Part shown: positions 1 through 13,600 of the stretch, piece by piece
How positions within the stretch are numbered: the stretch's first letter is position 1
Layout: each line of letters opens with the position of its first letter
Origin: the human T2T-CHM13v2.0 reference genome, Homo sapiens
Length of the DNA stretch: 64,000 nucleotides
Strand: one strand, 5' to 3'
Assembly: GCF_009914755.1 (NCBI RefSeq)
Contig: NC_060925.1
Made by a program: the position numbers and the translations under genes
The notes under the pieces: generated by a model
Told to the model about the DNA's origin: nothing
What the model saw: the letters and a program-made list of their open reading frames with translations, nothing else
Database searches by the model: none

Positions 1-485
1 CCATCTCATTTTGCTGTTACCTCATTCATTCTTCAAAATCCATATAAAAGGCCCCTTTTTCCATGAGGCCCTCTCTGACCATCCATGCAAGTAAGGCCAA
101 CTCTCTCCTCTGCCCCTCTGCAGCACACTGGATACTCCTGTGGGCCCCTCTATCAACGATTCTGTGCCAGTCTAGCAGTCTTACCTGTTCCAACACAACA
201 CATTCAGCAGATATGAAAACACCCTGGAGAGTGTCTGCCCTGTGCACAAGATCTATGCAACAAAAGCTGGGGAGCCCTTCTTTCTTGGACTTAGTATTCT
301 AAAATCTTGAGGGCTCAGACTATGCTTGATTCACATGGGTGAGTCCCTAATAGTAAGCAGCATGCCTGGCACACAACTGATGCTCAAGAGTCATGTCCAA
401 AGTGGATGATGGTAATAGGGAGGTGGGAGGGATGCTGAGGAAGTTAGGGTGAGGCTGCAGGGCAGAGGGTGCATATGGAGCACTA

Positions 486-785
<300 letters not shown>

Positions 786-1281
786 TCAGGGTAGAGGTCC
801 TGCTCCCATCCCATTCCCCCACTACCTTAATGCCCAAAGCACGTGGGCATTCAGGACAGAACCTGGGATGTGGGGAGCTGGACCATCTGGCCAGGAGTTT
901 TCACTGCAACAGCAGGTAACCATAGTAAAGGCAGCTACCAAGGCTGGGGAGGTGGTGATGCATAATTGCCAGAGTCCTTTGCTTGGTGATGAGGATGAGT
1001 TACAGCCCTGCATTTTCTAGCATTTCCCATCTATCATCTCGTCTGGGTCATATGACTTCCCTTAGAATGTCTCTCTCTGTTTTACTGATAAGGAAACTGA
1101 GTCTGGCCATAGCTGCCTGAAGGTCATAAAGCACCTCAAGGTTCCTACCTCCTAAACCTGCAGCCTAGGATGGGAAGGCCTCCTCCTCCTGGGGCAGGCT
1201 TGCGCCATACCCACACAGCACTATTTTCCAGGAACCTCCCTGCCTCCCCTGTCCCTTCCCTGGGTGTTGGTCACCAGATAC

Positions 1282-1397
1282 CTGTTGCCCCCCAGCGAAT
1301 CCTGGAGGAGCCGAGTGAGCTTGGAGTCCCTGTAGGGAACGTGCACCACCTTCTTGCTCTGGTCCCCTAAGGCGCTGATCACATTGCCCAAGGCCAG
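1282..1397 (-). CDS. KIF21B: KIF21B exon 7 ([39 protein letters not shown])
   Basis: Kinesin [19 protein letters not shown] motif; AG/GT boundaries; 116 nt. Confidence 0.96.
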
Positions 1398-1707
1398 CTG
1401 TGGGAGACAGACCCTGGCACTCAGCAGTCACTCAGGGAGCGAAGGGTAGGGAGGGACAAGAAAATCCCCAACCCATCTGTACCTGCCTCTTTGGCCCCAG
1501 CAGCCCTCTTGCTCCTTGGGTGGGTTTATAGGCACATGGATAAGTTGGTGAAATGGGGAAGCTGGGGACAGGGGTGACGCCTGAGAGTGAAGGGCTAATT
1601 GGCAAGATGTCCAAGGAGGACTCAGCAGGTGTAGGACTGCAGGGCCTTGGAGGGGTCTGAGACTGAGCTGTGTGGGTGCTGGGGCTGATGACCCACCATG
1701 TGCCTAC

Positions 1708-1875
1708 CAGGCCACAGTTGATGGAGATGCCCTCCTTGGCCCGCTCGCCAGTAGCCCCTGTCCGCTTCAGCCGCTCTGAGCCGGCCAGGTCCACAAAGTG
1801 AAACTTAGCAGTGAGTGTCTCATACTCACTCGAGGGAGGTGTACCATCAGGAAGCCCAGTCACCGCCTCATTCAC
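1708..1875 (-). CDS. KIF21B: KIF21B exon 6 (switch [13 protein letters not shown])
   Basis: 168 nt, AG/GT boundaries, in frame. Confidence 0.96.
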
Positions 1876-2249
1876 CTGCAGCAGAAGTCAGCTCTGACTC
1901 ACCCAGCCCTCGCCCACCTCACTGGCTCCCCTGATCACAGTACTGCCATCCGGGAGAGGCACGGTGGACGGCCAAGCGCCTTGCCCTTCGCACATGCAGA
2001 GCATCTGACAATGTGCACAGTATTTGCACAAGCCTGATTTCCATTTAATCCTCACAACACCACGATACAGAGATCATTAAGCCATTTTACAAATTGGGCA
2101 ACAAGGCTCAAGAAAAATATAAAAATCAACAAATGGCAGAGGCCAGCCTCAATCTGGTTTGCTATTTCTGAATCTGTGGCTCCTCATCTTGCCCTTCCCG
2201 GGATACCCCTGCAGCAAGCTGGCTCCTGGGCCCCCTGCAGGCTCCTCAC

Positions 2250-2384
2250 CAGGTCGGGCTGGGTGCACATGCGCATCTGGCACAGGTGGATGGTGAAGAT
2301 GGCGTGGGAGCGTGAGCTCTGCACGTTCATCTGGGTGCTGGCTGTGGTGCGGGACAGGGCCCCCTGCTTCAGGCACTGGATCAG
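2250..2384 (-). CDS. KIF21B: KIF21B exon 5 (switch [14 protein letters not shown])
   Basis: 135 nt, AG/GT boundaries. Confidence 0.96.
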
Positions 2385-2486
2385 CTGGAAACAGAAGCAG
2401 AAGTGAGGGCTTGGGACTACCGTGGTGCCAGCCCCTGCCCTTTCAGGATGCCCTGGACCTGCTCCAGACCTCCAGCAGAGGCTCAC

Positions 2487-2636
2487 CTCCTCCTGGGAGT
2501 GGATGAGGCGAGAAGTGACGCCAGTGGTGTAGATGCCACCGTTTGCGTCCTCGTGGATCTTGATGTTGGACCTGCGGTGGCGGGTGTCAGGGTCACGGGT
2601 GCTGTCAAACAGGTCAAGGATCTCCTCGTTGTAGAG
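2487..2636 (-). CDS. KIF21B: KIF21B exon 4 ([11 protein letters not shown]...IHSQEE)
   Basis: 150 nt, AG/GT boundaries. Confidence 0.96.
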
Positions 2637-3709
2637 CTGTGCAGGAAGGAAACAGCTGAATTCATAGGGCATTCACTGGGGCCCCAGGTGGCTGCCACAT
2701 GCCTATAAACCATATCTGTTTTACAGATGTGGAAACTGAGGCTGTGGGTCCCCTCTGGGTTTTGAATCCCATGACCTTTCTGCAGGACAGGGGCAGGAGA
2801 CAGCTGGGCCCTGGGCAGAACTAGCTGGAGGCTGCACACTGTTCCTCATTCCCCAAGGAACCAGCAGCCAGCAGCTCGGTCCCAGCATGGGCTGAGGACC
2901 AAAAGAGGACAAAGGGACACGGGTCCCAGATGTAGGAGATAAGGAAGATGTGGCCACAATTTGAGAAGATCCTGTCGTATTCCTGGACTTGGAAAGAGTA
3001 GATGGGGATGTGATTCCAGATGAGGCAGGGCAGAGACAGAGCTCAGTGGAGACCAGGGGAGCTGTGCCCTAGCCCTGACTGTCTCTGAGGTGACGACAAG
3101 CTCTCGAAGGGGAGGAACACGCCTGTGTGCCTTGCCCTATGCTTGGCAGCGGGTGGGCATGGAGAGCACGCCACTGTGGCCTAGTGTCCTGGAGAGGGCC
3201 TGGTGAGACCATCGTGGGGAGGGGGCCTGGCCAGGAGCAGTCACCCCATTTCAGGTGGTCTCAGCCAAGGAGATTCCTGTGTTTGGAACTGCTGGCATGG
3301 AAAGTGTCACCTGCTGAAGAGCTGGGATGTTCAACAGGCAGGGAACTAGGGCTGGGGAGTGGAATAAGGGATGGGGGCAGCTAGGGCAGCAGCCAAGAAA
3401 ATGCTGTGGGACTAAGGGGGAGACTGCAGCCCTCTGACATCTGGGGCTTTGACAGCCCTAAAGGGACAGAAATACCCCACATGAATGGGGAAGAGGAGAT
3501 GGAAAGGATGGTGCAGATGGGGGCCTACAATATCTGTCTGTCTGTCTGTGTTGGGGTAGACACACACTATCATTTGACCTCTTGTGGTTCACCCTATGGA
3601 ACTGATTTTCTAGGAACCTGCTCTTCCGGGCTTCTCCATGGCAACAGGATAGGGAAGGGACAAAAACAAAGAGATGTGAGAGAGAAGCTTATTGAGATCA
3701 CAAGCAGCA

Positions 3710-4835
3710 GGACACAGACACAGACACGAACACAGACACACACACAGAGACACCCACATAAAGACACAGAGATACACAGACACAGACACAGAGACACACA
3801 GACACACACACACACAGACACAGAGACACATAGACACACACACACAGAGACAGACACACACAGACACACACACACAGAGACAGACACACACAGACACACA
3901 CACACAGACACCCACTCACAGACACAGAGATACACAGACACGGACACAGAGACACACAGACACACACACACACAGACACAGAGACACATAGACACACACA
4001 CACACAGACACACACAGACACACACACACAGAGACAGACACACACAGACACACACACGCAGACACCCACACACAGACACAGAGATACACAGACACGGACA
4101 CAGAGACACACAGACACACACACAGACACAGAGACACACAGACACACACACACACAGAGACAGACACACACAGACACACACACACAGAGACAGACACACA
4201 CAGACACACACACGCAGACACCCACACACAGACACAGAGATACACAGACACGGACACAGAGACACACAGACACACACACAGACACAGAGACACATAGACA
4301 CACACACACACACAGAGACAGAGACACACAGACACACACACGCAGACACCCACACACACAGAGATACACAGACACGGACACAGAGACACACAAACATACA
4401 CACACACAGACACAGAGACACATAGACACACACACAGAGACAGACACAGACATACACACACAGAGACACACAGACACACACACAGACACCCACACACAAA
4501 CACAGAGACACACACACAGACACACACATAGACACAGAGACACACACAGAGATACACACACACAGACACAGACAGGCACACACACACACACACAGACGCG
4601 CACACAGAGACACATAGACACACGCACAGACACACACAGACAGATGCGCACACAGACACATAGACACACATACACACACACACATACACAGATGCACTCA
4701 CACAGATGCACACATACAAAGATGCGCACACAGACACATAGACACACACATAGACACACAAGACACAGAGCCACACACAGACATACAGACAGATGACACA
4801 CACACACAGATACAAACACACAGTCATACACACAT
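3710..4835. repeat. Complex (CA)/(CAGA)/(GA) low-complexity tandem repeat, ~1.1 kb, in KIF21B intron 3
   Basis: Near-strict alternation of A with C/G/T; recurring gatacacagacacggacacagag motif. Confidence 0.97.
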
Positions 4836-5710
4836 AGGCAGTCCATTTATCAGAAGCGAAAGTCCAGAGGGGCAAAGAAAACCTCCAAATTCTAAAATGC
4901 AGGATACCCTGCAGGGCAAGCCACCACCTGTGTGCCCAGGAGGGAGTAGCTGTGTTGTGGTAGGCAGGGGCTGGGGTTGGGGAAGGCCTGGAGAGGGCCA
5001 AAGCCACATGCTTCCCTCAGAAGGCAACCTGGACACAATCAGAGCAGCAGGGTTTATGGGATAAGTGCCCTTACTGAGTGGGGGCTCAGCATAGGCCCAA
5101 TGGTCAAGAGCACAGAGACCCCCTGCTCCCCACTAAAAGCCCCTCCCTGGCTGCCACAGTCTGGGCCTGATATTCTCCCAGAGACAGGAAGGGCCAGGTG
5201 CACAGAAAGACCTTTCCTAGAGGACCTTTCTGCCCTGGGGTCAGAGAAGACTCAGGGGGCCAGGAAGCATCTGAGCCAGAAAGGGGCAGGATAGGATGCC
5301 CTGAGGCTGAGGGGGAACCCAGAGAAGGCCAGAAGGAAGGGAGAGAGCCAGGGTTCTCACAAAACCCTAAGGAAACAGGTACCACCCCATTTTGCAGATG
5401 AGGCTCAGTGTGGTAAATGACTAGCCCAAGGTCACAAGGCTAATCAGTGTCAGAGCTAGAACACGTCAGGGTGTGAAGGGATCATACAGTCATCAACTCA
5501 AGCTCCATCTGATGCAGGAACCCCTTTTGAGTGTCCCACCAAGTAGTCCTCCAGCCCTTGCTTGGATTCTTTCAATAGCAGGGAACTCATCACCTGGAGA
5601 TGCCCCCATGGTTCCCAGGACTCATTCCACTGCACTGGAGGAAGGCCCGGCTTCCATGGTCCTGTTGTCCACCAAGCCTCCCACCTGCCCACCCTATGGG
5701 GCCACAGTAC

Positions 5711-5893
5711 CTCCAGAAACTGGGCGCTGACTTTGAACTCAGGTCCAGCCACGCCCTGCTCCTGTGCCCGGCGCTTGCGCTCGGCAATGCCCCCAAAGAG
5801 GTGTGCGATGGCCCTCGGGATGATGCCCTGCTCCTCCTCCGACGTTGCCATGTCAAAGCCAGTGCCCATGGTGTACGTCTTCCCGGCCCCCGT
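5711..5893 (-). CDS. KIF21B: KIF21B exon 3 (P-loop [11 protein letters not shown]...SAQFLE)
   Basis: 183 nt, AG/GT boundaries. Confidence 0.96.
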
Positions 5894-6207
5894 CTGCATT
5901 GGCAAAGATAGGAGGGTGTAACCCTGCACCCTTTGGGGGCACCAGCAAGCCCTGTACCTGGGCCAAATCCCCTTAGCTCATCTACCTCCCAGCCCGGTTC
6001 CCCTGCTGCTTTCTTGGTCCTGAAGCCACACTCTGGGGAAATCACTGACAGCCCTCCCTCTGCTAACCAGCGGTGCAACGGCCTCCTTAGACAATAGACA
6101 AAACCCTGAGGCTATGTTTCAGCTGCTCTGAAGGTGGAGCTTTCTCTCCATTGGATGCAGGGAGACCAAGGCTGGAGCCGCCATAGGTGGGCGTGAAGAT
6201 GGCTTAC

Positions 6208-6430
6208 CTGCCCATAGGCCAGCACCGTGGCATTATAGCCCTCGAAGCAGCCCTCGATGAGCTTGCTCACACAGGTGGAATAGATCTGTTCTTGCCAGGT
6301 GTCCAGGTCGAAGACAAAGTCATAGGTGAAGGCCTTGTCCTTCCCCAGCAGGACCTGGGGCTCTCCCGGGGTAACAGAGGTACAGATGTGACAGCCCTCA
6401 ATCTTCTCCTTCGACAGCTGGGGCCGGATC
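6208..6430 (-). CDS. KIF21B: KIF21B exon 2 ([17 protein letters not shown]...NATVLAYGQ)
   Basis: 223 nt; cag acceptor and gtaag donor; phase 2 start matches exon 1. Confidence 0.96.
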
Positions 6431-6629
6431 CTGCCCATGATGGAGAGAGCCCTGGGTCAGGCCCAGCTAGAAGGGGGCTGCCACAGGCCCCTCCCTCACA
6501 CTGCCTGCCAAGCTGCCACTTCCCCCATGAGCCAGAGGAAAAGGAAGGAAGCTTAGGTGACCCCAGAGGACATGGGCAACTTTTGTAATACAATAGTAAT
6601 AACAGTATCAACATCATCAAAACAGCAGT

Positions 6630-6830
6630 TGTTAACATTTATTGAGCATTCAGTATATATCAGATCTGTGTTCAGAGTACTTTCCTTAAATTAATTCACG
6701 CATTCTTCACTATAAACTTGTGAGGTACCTATTATTTGCCTAATTTTACAGATGAGAAAACTGAAGCTGAGAGAGTTTAAATGACCCTGCCCAAGGGTGT
6801 ATAATGGAAAGTGATGGCGCCATGTCCAGG
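6630..6830. mobile_element. MIR SINE fragment (several similar fragments elsewhere, e.g. ~8200-8400, ~12950-13130)
   Basis: MIR core-like ttttacagatgagaaaactgaagctgagagagtttaaatgacc; boundaries approximate. Confidence 0.6.
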
Positions 6831-9573
6831 TCTGTCTGACATAAAAGCACGTACTCCTGATTGGACCAGAAGCCCTAGAAATCAGCATCTCGTCAGGGGA
6901 GAGAAGGCGGCTTGTCCACTGCTGGGGAGGCAAAGCACAGGGCCAGGGCGGGGAAGAGAAGGAACTGGATGCTCCCACAGCTCTGGGCCACATTCCCAGA
7001 GCCAGGACTAAGTTCTAGAGGAGGCCAGAGCCTCTGCCAATGCCCATGGGGGCTGCAAGCAGGAGGCCGGGAGCTCCCCTCCCTGACGCCAGACCAGGAG
7101 CCCCCTTCCCAGATGCCAGAGCCTGGTAGACATTCTCAGGCTGGAGCTCTGCTTCCTTTCCAGGAGTTGGGCGGGGGAGGGCAGACCTGCATAGCTGGGG
7201 CTGACCAGGTCAAGTCCCAAGTTCCCTTGTGAAGGGCAGGGACCTCTAGAAAGGACGCCAGGCCAGCCTGGGGTGCGCTCCCAACCCAGATTCTGGCAGG
7301 CTTCCCTGTAAAGAGGAAGAAAAGCGGCATCAGGACTGAGAAGCCAGCCATGGACACAACTATCTCCATCCAGCCACCCCTTCCTTTCTCTCCCAAGCAG
7401 CCATCACCACGACATGGTTCCCATGGCAACCAAGCAGGAGTCAGCAAGCATGCGTGTACAGGGATTGGCGGAAAGCACCACCCCCACCCCAACTCCCTAA
7501 AGTAAAAGGGGCTGGGGGTTAGGCTCTCATGCCCATGGGCTCACACAAGCCAGCCCATCAGCAGGCACTTACAATGAGCTGCTTGTCAGGCCTCCTCTCC
7601 CTAAGCCAACACTCACCAAGAGAAGAAACAATGCCAGGGGCCAGGCCAGCACCCATCCTGGGCCCAGAGGCGCCTGGTCACAGAGTCTAGGGCCTCCAAG
7701 TCGCCACCCTGTCTCTGTCCCCAGCTGCCCCAGCCCCCAAGGCCCACTCAGAGCTGTAGGCTGGGAAAGGTGCTCACCTGAGCCTATTGCCTGCACTTCC
7801 ACGGCAAGGGAGTTAAAGGGGAGTTAAAGGGGACTGGGGAGGTGGGGAAAGCCCAGCGGGGAGGGGTTGGGGGTGAGCAACACCAGGCTCAGTTCCTACC
7901 CACAGATGGGAGTCTGGGCCTTCTTCAGAAGTGTTTCCGGGGTGTGAACAGGTTCTTATAGGTCAGTGGTTCTCCCCTAAAAGGGATGGAAGCCCAAAGG
8001 AGGTCACCACATTTATCCAGCTGTCTCGCCCAAATTGGAATGGCAGCCCAGCTTCTTCGTCTCCCAACTGAATTGGCTTCTGCCTGGGAAGAGAATGGCT
8101 GATTCTTGCTCATCCTTCTGGACCTCCAGACCAGAAACTTGAGTCTCCAGTAAGAGCTCAGGGTCAGCAAGGCTCCTACCTCTACTTCTACCTCTACTGC
8201 TAATAAGGGCAGCAGACATGCACTGAGCACTCACTCTATGCCAGGCAGCATCTAAACACTACCATGGATTAACTCTTGGTCCTCACAACACTGGGAGGTG
8301 ACGATTATGACCCTCGTGTATGGATGAAGAAGCTGAGATGGCACACAGCCAGAGTCACAGGTCACAGACAGTCAGGAGCAGAGCCAGGGCTTGAACCTAT
8401 GCAGTCTGCATGCACTGCCCTTTCAATGGTCTTATGCTACACCGTCTCTAAAGACCAGGGTTCAGAGTGCCAGGGGGAAAGAACATCTCATATATGCAGG
8501 GAGAGAGAGCAAGAGCAACCTTAGAAGGAGGAGCGTGGCATTGCACACAGGTACTGAACAGGAAACTGTCTTTTAGACCTGGCTCTGCCCCTGGGCTCTT
8601 GGGACCCAAGGCTAAGCACTTCCTCTCAGAGCATCCAGGTATTCCTAGGTAAACCAAGTGCCTGGCCTGGGCAGCCTCTGAGGACCCTCCAGCTCTGCTG
8701 GCTAGCACCAGTTCCTGAAGACAGCTTCCCTACCACGTGGCTGCCTGAAGTGGGATTTCTGGATTCAGTTCAAATACCATTTAATTACTGTAGGCAGATG
8801 GCAATGCTGATGATTGGAGAAAATCGAATCATCATCCCTGGAGACAGTGGAGCAGGGGAGGGGGAGCAACAGCCCTGCTTGTCAGAGCCCTTCAATGAGA
8901 GGGGCAGCTTCTGCTTCAGCAATCAGCCCCCGGACCACCTGGGGAGCCTGCCTTCCAGGATCAAGACAGTGGGCAGAACAGTCTGGGGGAGAGGATATAG
9001 AGGAGGAGACCCCAGGGTTTTAGGGTCCAGGAGTTGCGTGGTCAGTTGGGCATTCACCCTGGGGCCCTTTTTTGGCCCAACACATCCTGAGATGAGGGTC
9101 TTTGTGGTCAGAAAGAGACGTCCAGCCCAATGCTGGTCCACTCTTAGCACCAGACTGCTTTGCCAGGGTGCAGGTGAGCATGCCTGAGCAGTGTCACCCA
9201 GAGAAACTGATACTGGCTGGGAGACAGGGGGGCATGGACCCTGGTTGAGTCACCAATTCCCCAAGCAACTTACCTGGAAGAGGGAGAGACTGTTGGACTG
9301 ACTGAATGAATAAATGGAAATGGAAGCAAAGGAAAGCTAAGATGTCAGGGACGCTCTCCATGTGCTAGCGCTGGCTCAGGCACCTCCACAGGTTACCTTG
9401 CTTAAGTGATGCTATGACCTAGGGATTTAAATCCCCATTCTTCAGCAAGGAAGGTTGAGGCTTGAAGTGGTTAAGCCACACACACAGTAAATACAGTGAA
9501 GTTGGGTATCAACTCCTGATCTGGCTGACTGAATGCCCTTCCATTCCTCAAGCTGCTTTCTGTCAGAAAACTC

Positions 9574-9881
9574 TATGTATGTATGTATGTATGTATGTTT
9601 TTGAGACAAAGTCTCACCTTGTTGCCCCAGGGTGGAATCCAGTGGTGCAATCATGGCTCAATGCAGCCTCAGCCTCCTGGACTCAGGTGATCCTCCCACC
9701 TCAGCCTCCCAAGTAGCTGGGACAACAGGCACGCACCATCATGCCCATCTAATTTTTATATTTTTTGTAGAGACAACGTTTTGCCATGTTGCCCAGGCCT
9801 GTCTCGAACTCCTGAGCTCAAGCGATTCTCCCACCTCGGCCTCCCAAAATGGCATTATAGGTGTGAGCTACCACGCCCAGC
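9574..9881 (-). mobile_element. Alu (AluJ-like) with a (TATG)n microsatellite at its tail
   Basis: Two-arm Alu consensus; tatgtatgtatg at 9574-9597. Confidence 0.92.
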
Positions 9882-10471
9882 TGAAAACTCTTAATCCTAA
9901 AATCACTAAATAAAATTCATCCCACACCACCTCCATCAGAGCCATGGGGGCTCTCTAGAAGGAGTCCTGCATGTCTGTTCACATATGCTCAGGGCTGGGC
10001 ATCAGGCTTGCCCTGCCTTTGAGGGCTCACAGTTTGGCGGTGGCAGACACTGTCTCAGTCATCCTGGGCTCACTCTTTACCACACCCTGCCTAGTGGCAA
10101 ATTCAAACTGACGCCCCACAGGTAGGAGACAAGAGGGCTGGGAGACATGAGACCAGGGTCCTTGCCAAGCCTCTGCCCTGGCTCTCTTGTGGTTTACGAG
10201 CCACTGCTTCCTTCTAGGTTACCTAGAAGGTCTGTTCCTGCTTTCAACTTTCTAAGAACTCCATTGCCCATCCCTCCAGCAGCCTCTTCTCCCGGCCCCA
10301 CCCTTGGTGAGGTCACTTCTGTGGGCTGCCCTCAAAGTGACAGTGGCCTACTTGGCCCCAGATAAGCAGAAGGAAGAAGCAGTGTGGCAAGGATGGGCAC
10401 CATCTAACAGTCCTTTTCCTCCCTGGGGGCATGGGAGGGGGGTCAAGGATCTCTAAGGTCTTCCTTTTTAA

Positions 10472-10615
<144 letters not shown>

Positions 10616-13600
10616 TAAAATACAGGTCCTAGAGGCTGTGGACCAGAGCCAGGACTAGGGTGAGGCATTGACCCTCAGTACAAAATTTAAGGAGGCAAGG
10701 AAAAACCTCAGTAATCAAGATAAATTACAACTTAGTGCAATATTTTAAAAGTCAAATTAGCAAATTGTGGCCCACGGGCCAGCTGCCTGTTTCTGTCAGT
10801 AAAGTTTTGCGGCCCAAACATCTAGTGTCATTTCTGTCCAGGGTACCTGGAGGTCATCTCACTCCAGGCCCCACCCCTCCAATCTTCCGTCCATCCCTTC
10901 TCAAGGTTCTGCCAGGAGGGAGGGCCGGCTGGACAGCCCCACTCAGAAAGGCCCCCGGAATCTCCCAGAACAGAGCCGGGCCTATTTGCCACTTGGCAAC
11001 CCGGAGGCTGAGCGGCGGGTAGAGCGGGCGCGAGAGCGAGGAGAAAGGGCCCGGAGCTTTTCAGAGTCAGGATCTGGCACAGGCAGCGAAGTTGCTGAGC
11101 TTCCTCTGTTCACAATTGAGCAGGAGCGGGTGTGATGTGGGAAGCCGTCCTCCACCCCCGGAGAAACGCGCACGCGGAGGCCAGGGACATGCGGGCGGCT
11201 GGGGAGCCCCTATCCTCCCAGGCTGACCCCACCCCCTGCCCCTGACCCGCTGGGTGCCTGCGGTGGCAGCGGGACAAAGGCTGCGAGCCTGGAGCACAGA
11301 GCTGCAGGAAGAGCTGAGCTCAGCGGATCCTCGGCTCTTAGGGGAGCCAGGAGGACAGGGCGGAAGGGGAGGACAGAGGAGACAGGGAGGAGGCAGCCCA
11401 GGGGTATGCTGAGAGACTGCCAAGGAGAGAAAACTGCAAAGGGTACCGACTGGGCACATCTGGGCACGTGCTGGGAGCCCGCACCCTCTCCCGCGGGCTT
11501 AGGAGGGGGAGGATGGCCCTAGCCGGGCCTCATCCCCAACCTGGTCCTTAATGACATCACACAAAGCCCACCAATCAGCCCTCCCAGGAGCTCTGCCCAG
11601 TGACCTTGGACTCCTAGGGGTTGGCTCAGCTTCTTAGGTGAAGTCAGTCCCACCCAATCAGCTGGCTAGGGTCCCTCCCTTAGTTCCTAACTAAGCTGCC
11701 TCCAAATCTTTACACTGAGGTCCCCATTGGTGCAGTCCCAGGCTCTTTCCACTTGAAGGGTCTGTCTTCTCACTGACGAGAGGTCACAGGCTATGGTATT
11801 AAAACAGCTAACCAGAATCCAAGAATTTCTTACAAATATGGTGCATGATCTGTGATTCCTGATGCCTTTTCCTTGCTAGTAATGGTAACACCATCACACT
11901 TGGCTTACTAAACTTCCTCAATTAGTCACCACCAACACATTTATAGAGCCAAGACTGCCTCTCATAGACACTATCTAGGGTGCTTTGCACATGTTAGGTC
12001 ATTACATTATATCATTTAGTTCTAAGGTGGGTGTTTTTGCCCTTAATTTACAAATGAGAGCTCAGAGAGAAACCGATAACTCGGCTCAAGGTCACATAGC
12101 TAATATGCAAAAAGGTTTTCACCTTTATTAGCCATCAGCCCTGAAGATTCAATCCAGGGGAAATCTGGGGAGAACTGGCATGCTCGCAGCTGCCCACTTG
12201 TGTGTAATTTGCACTTTAGGGATTTTAGGCTGGCAGACACCCTCTTCCCTACCTCAAAGGCTTTGAGAAGAACCAGACAGCTGGACTAGAATCGCCTTTC
12301 AGATGGCCAAAATGTTAGTCCCTTCAGAAAAAGCCCCAGGGGGGCTAAAAGCATATCTGCTCTTTTCTGCTATAAGACCCCTGATGCCTTTCTGGAATCT
12401 TGAAAAGGAGCTCCTAGAAGCTGGTGAGACAGCCTAGGGAGGGACTGCAAAGTCAGCAAGCCTAAGGGGAAAAGCAATGTCTGCCCTGATTCCATGATCT
12501 CTGCTTGTGCCCAGCCTCCAATTGGCATGCCTGGCTCAGCCTGGGCAGTGGGGCAGAGCAGAGCCAGGCTGCTGTATCCTCTGTGGCGGATGAGTGAGTG
12601 TATGGAGGGGACACAGAGATAAGCCCGGTGATGGCTAGTCTGCCTGGCACACAGGGGTCACTTAGCCATGTGGTGACTTACCAGGCACCAGCTCTTCCTC
12701 ATCAGTGAGAGGGCAAGATCAAAAGGGAACTCAGCTGTAGCAGGAGGGATTTAGATAAGCTAGCAAAAAGAACTTCCTGCCTGCAAAGATGATTAAGCCT
12801 GGGAGAGGAGAGGCTGGAGGGGTCTGTGCAGACTTCTTTCTCAGAAATCATTCGTCATTGATATCCCTCTTGCCTTGTTCTACGTGTTCTTCACCACCTA
12901 GGACTTATCTGATGAGGACACATACTACCTAGTACTTTTTAAGAGCCTATGTGCCAAGCTCCTTTATGTACACGAACACATGAAATGTGTTAAGACAACC
13001 CTGTGAAGCTGGGGATATGTGCCCCATGTTACTAAGGCTCAGCAGGTGAAATTTAACAAGCTCAAAGTCACACAATTTGTAATGGTGGAGATGAAATTCA
13101 AACCAAACCTGCCTGTGCCCAATCCTGAAGCATTCACCAAGCAGCTCTGCACCAGGGTGGGAAATAGCTTGGCTTGGAGAAAAACGATCCCTTCAGAGAA
13201 TCTCCCGGACTGATCCTACGGACAGCTGCCAGCAGTGCCACAAGCTGTCTGCTGGGAAAGCGTTTTCCCTGTCTCATGCTTAAGAAAGCTGAAGCCTGGA
13301 GCAGGGAGAAGTACGGAGTCGGGAACCCAGGAGGCTGCTTCCCTGTCAGAGGAAGGCGGCTTTCCTCTGTGGCAGAAAGAGGACGTCTACACCCCCACTT
13401 TAATGAGCCTCCTCTCCTCCTCCCCATGGCAGCCTGCCAGCTCTGGGGAAGGCGGCTGGAAGCAAAATCCCTGCTCTCAGGGGAGTCTGGCTCCCAGACA
13501 CCCGGGGGCTTTTAGCTGACAGCCCAGACAAAGCATCTTCCCATAGAGACCAGTCTTCTATAAAACAGGGTGGCAAGATCCAATTTGGGGTGCTTGCCCT

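Noticed and set aside
3406-5007. Long ORFs of 339-382 aa (HTHTDT / VCVCVC)
   Set aside because: They are translations of the CA/GA repeat, which lacks stop codons; no coding features.
7806-7833. Short tandem aaggggagtta repeat (also the cagattttccctgg duplication at 52234-52263)
   Set aside because: Small slippage duplications with no functional indication.
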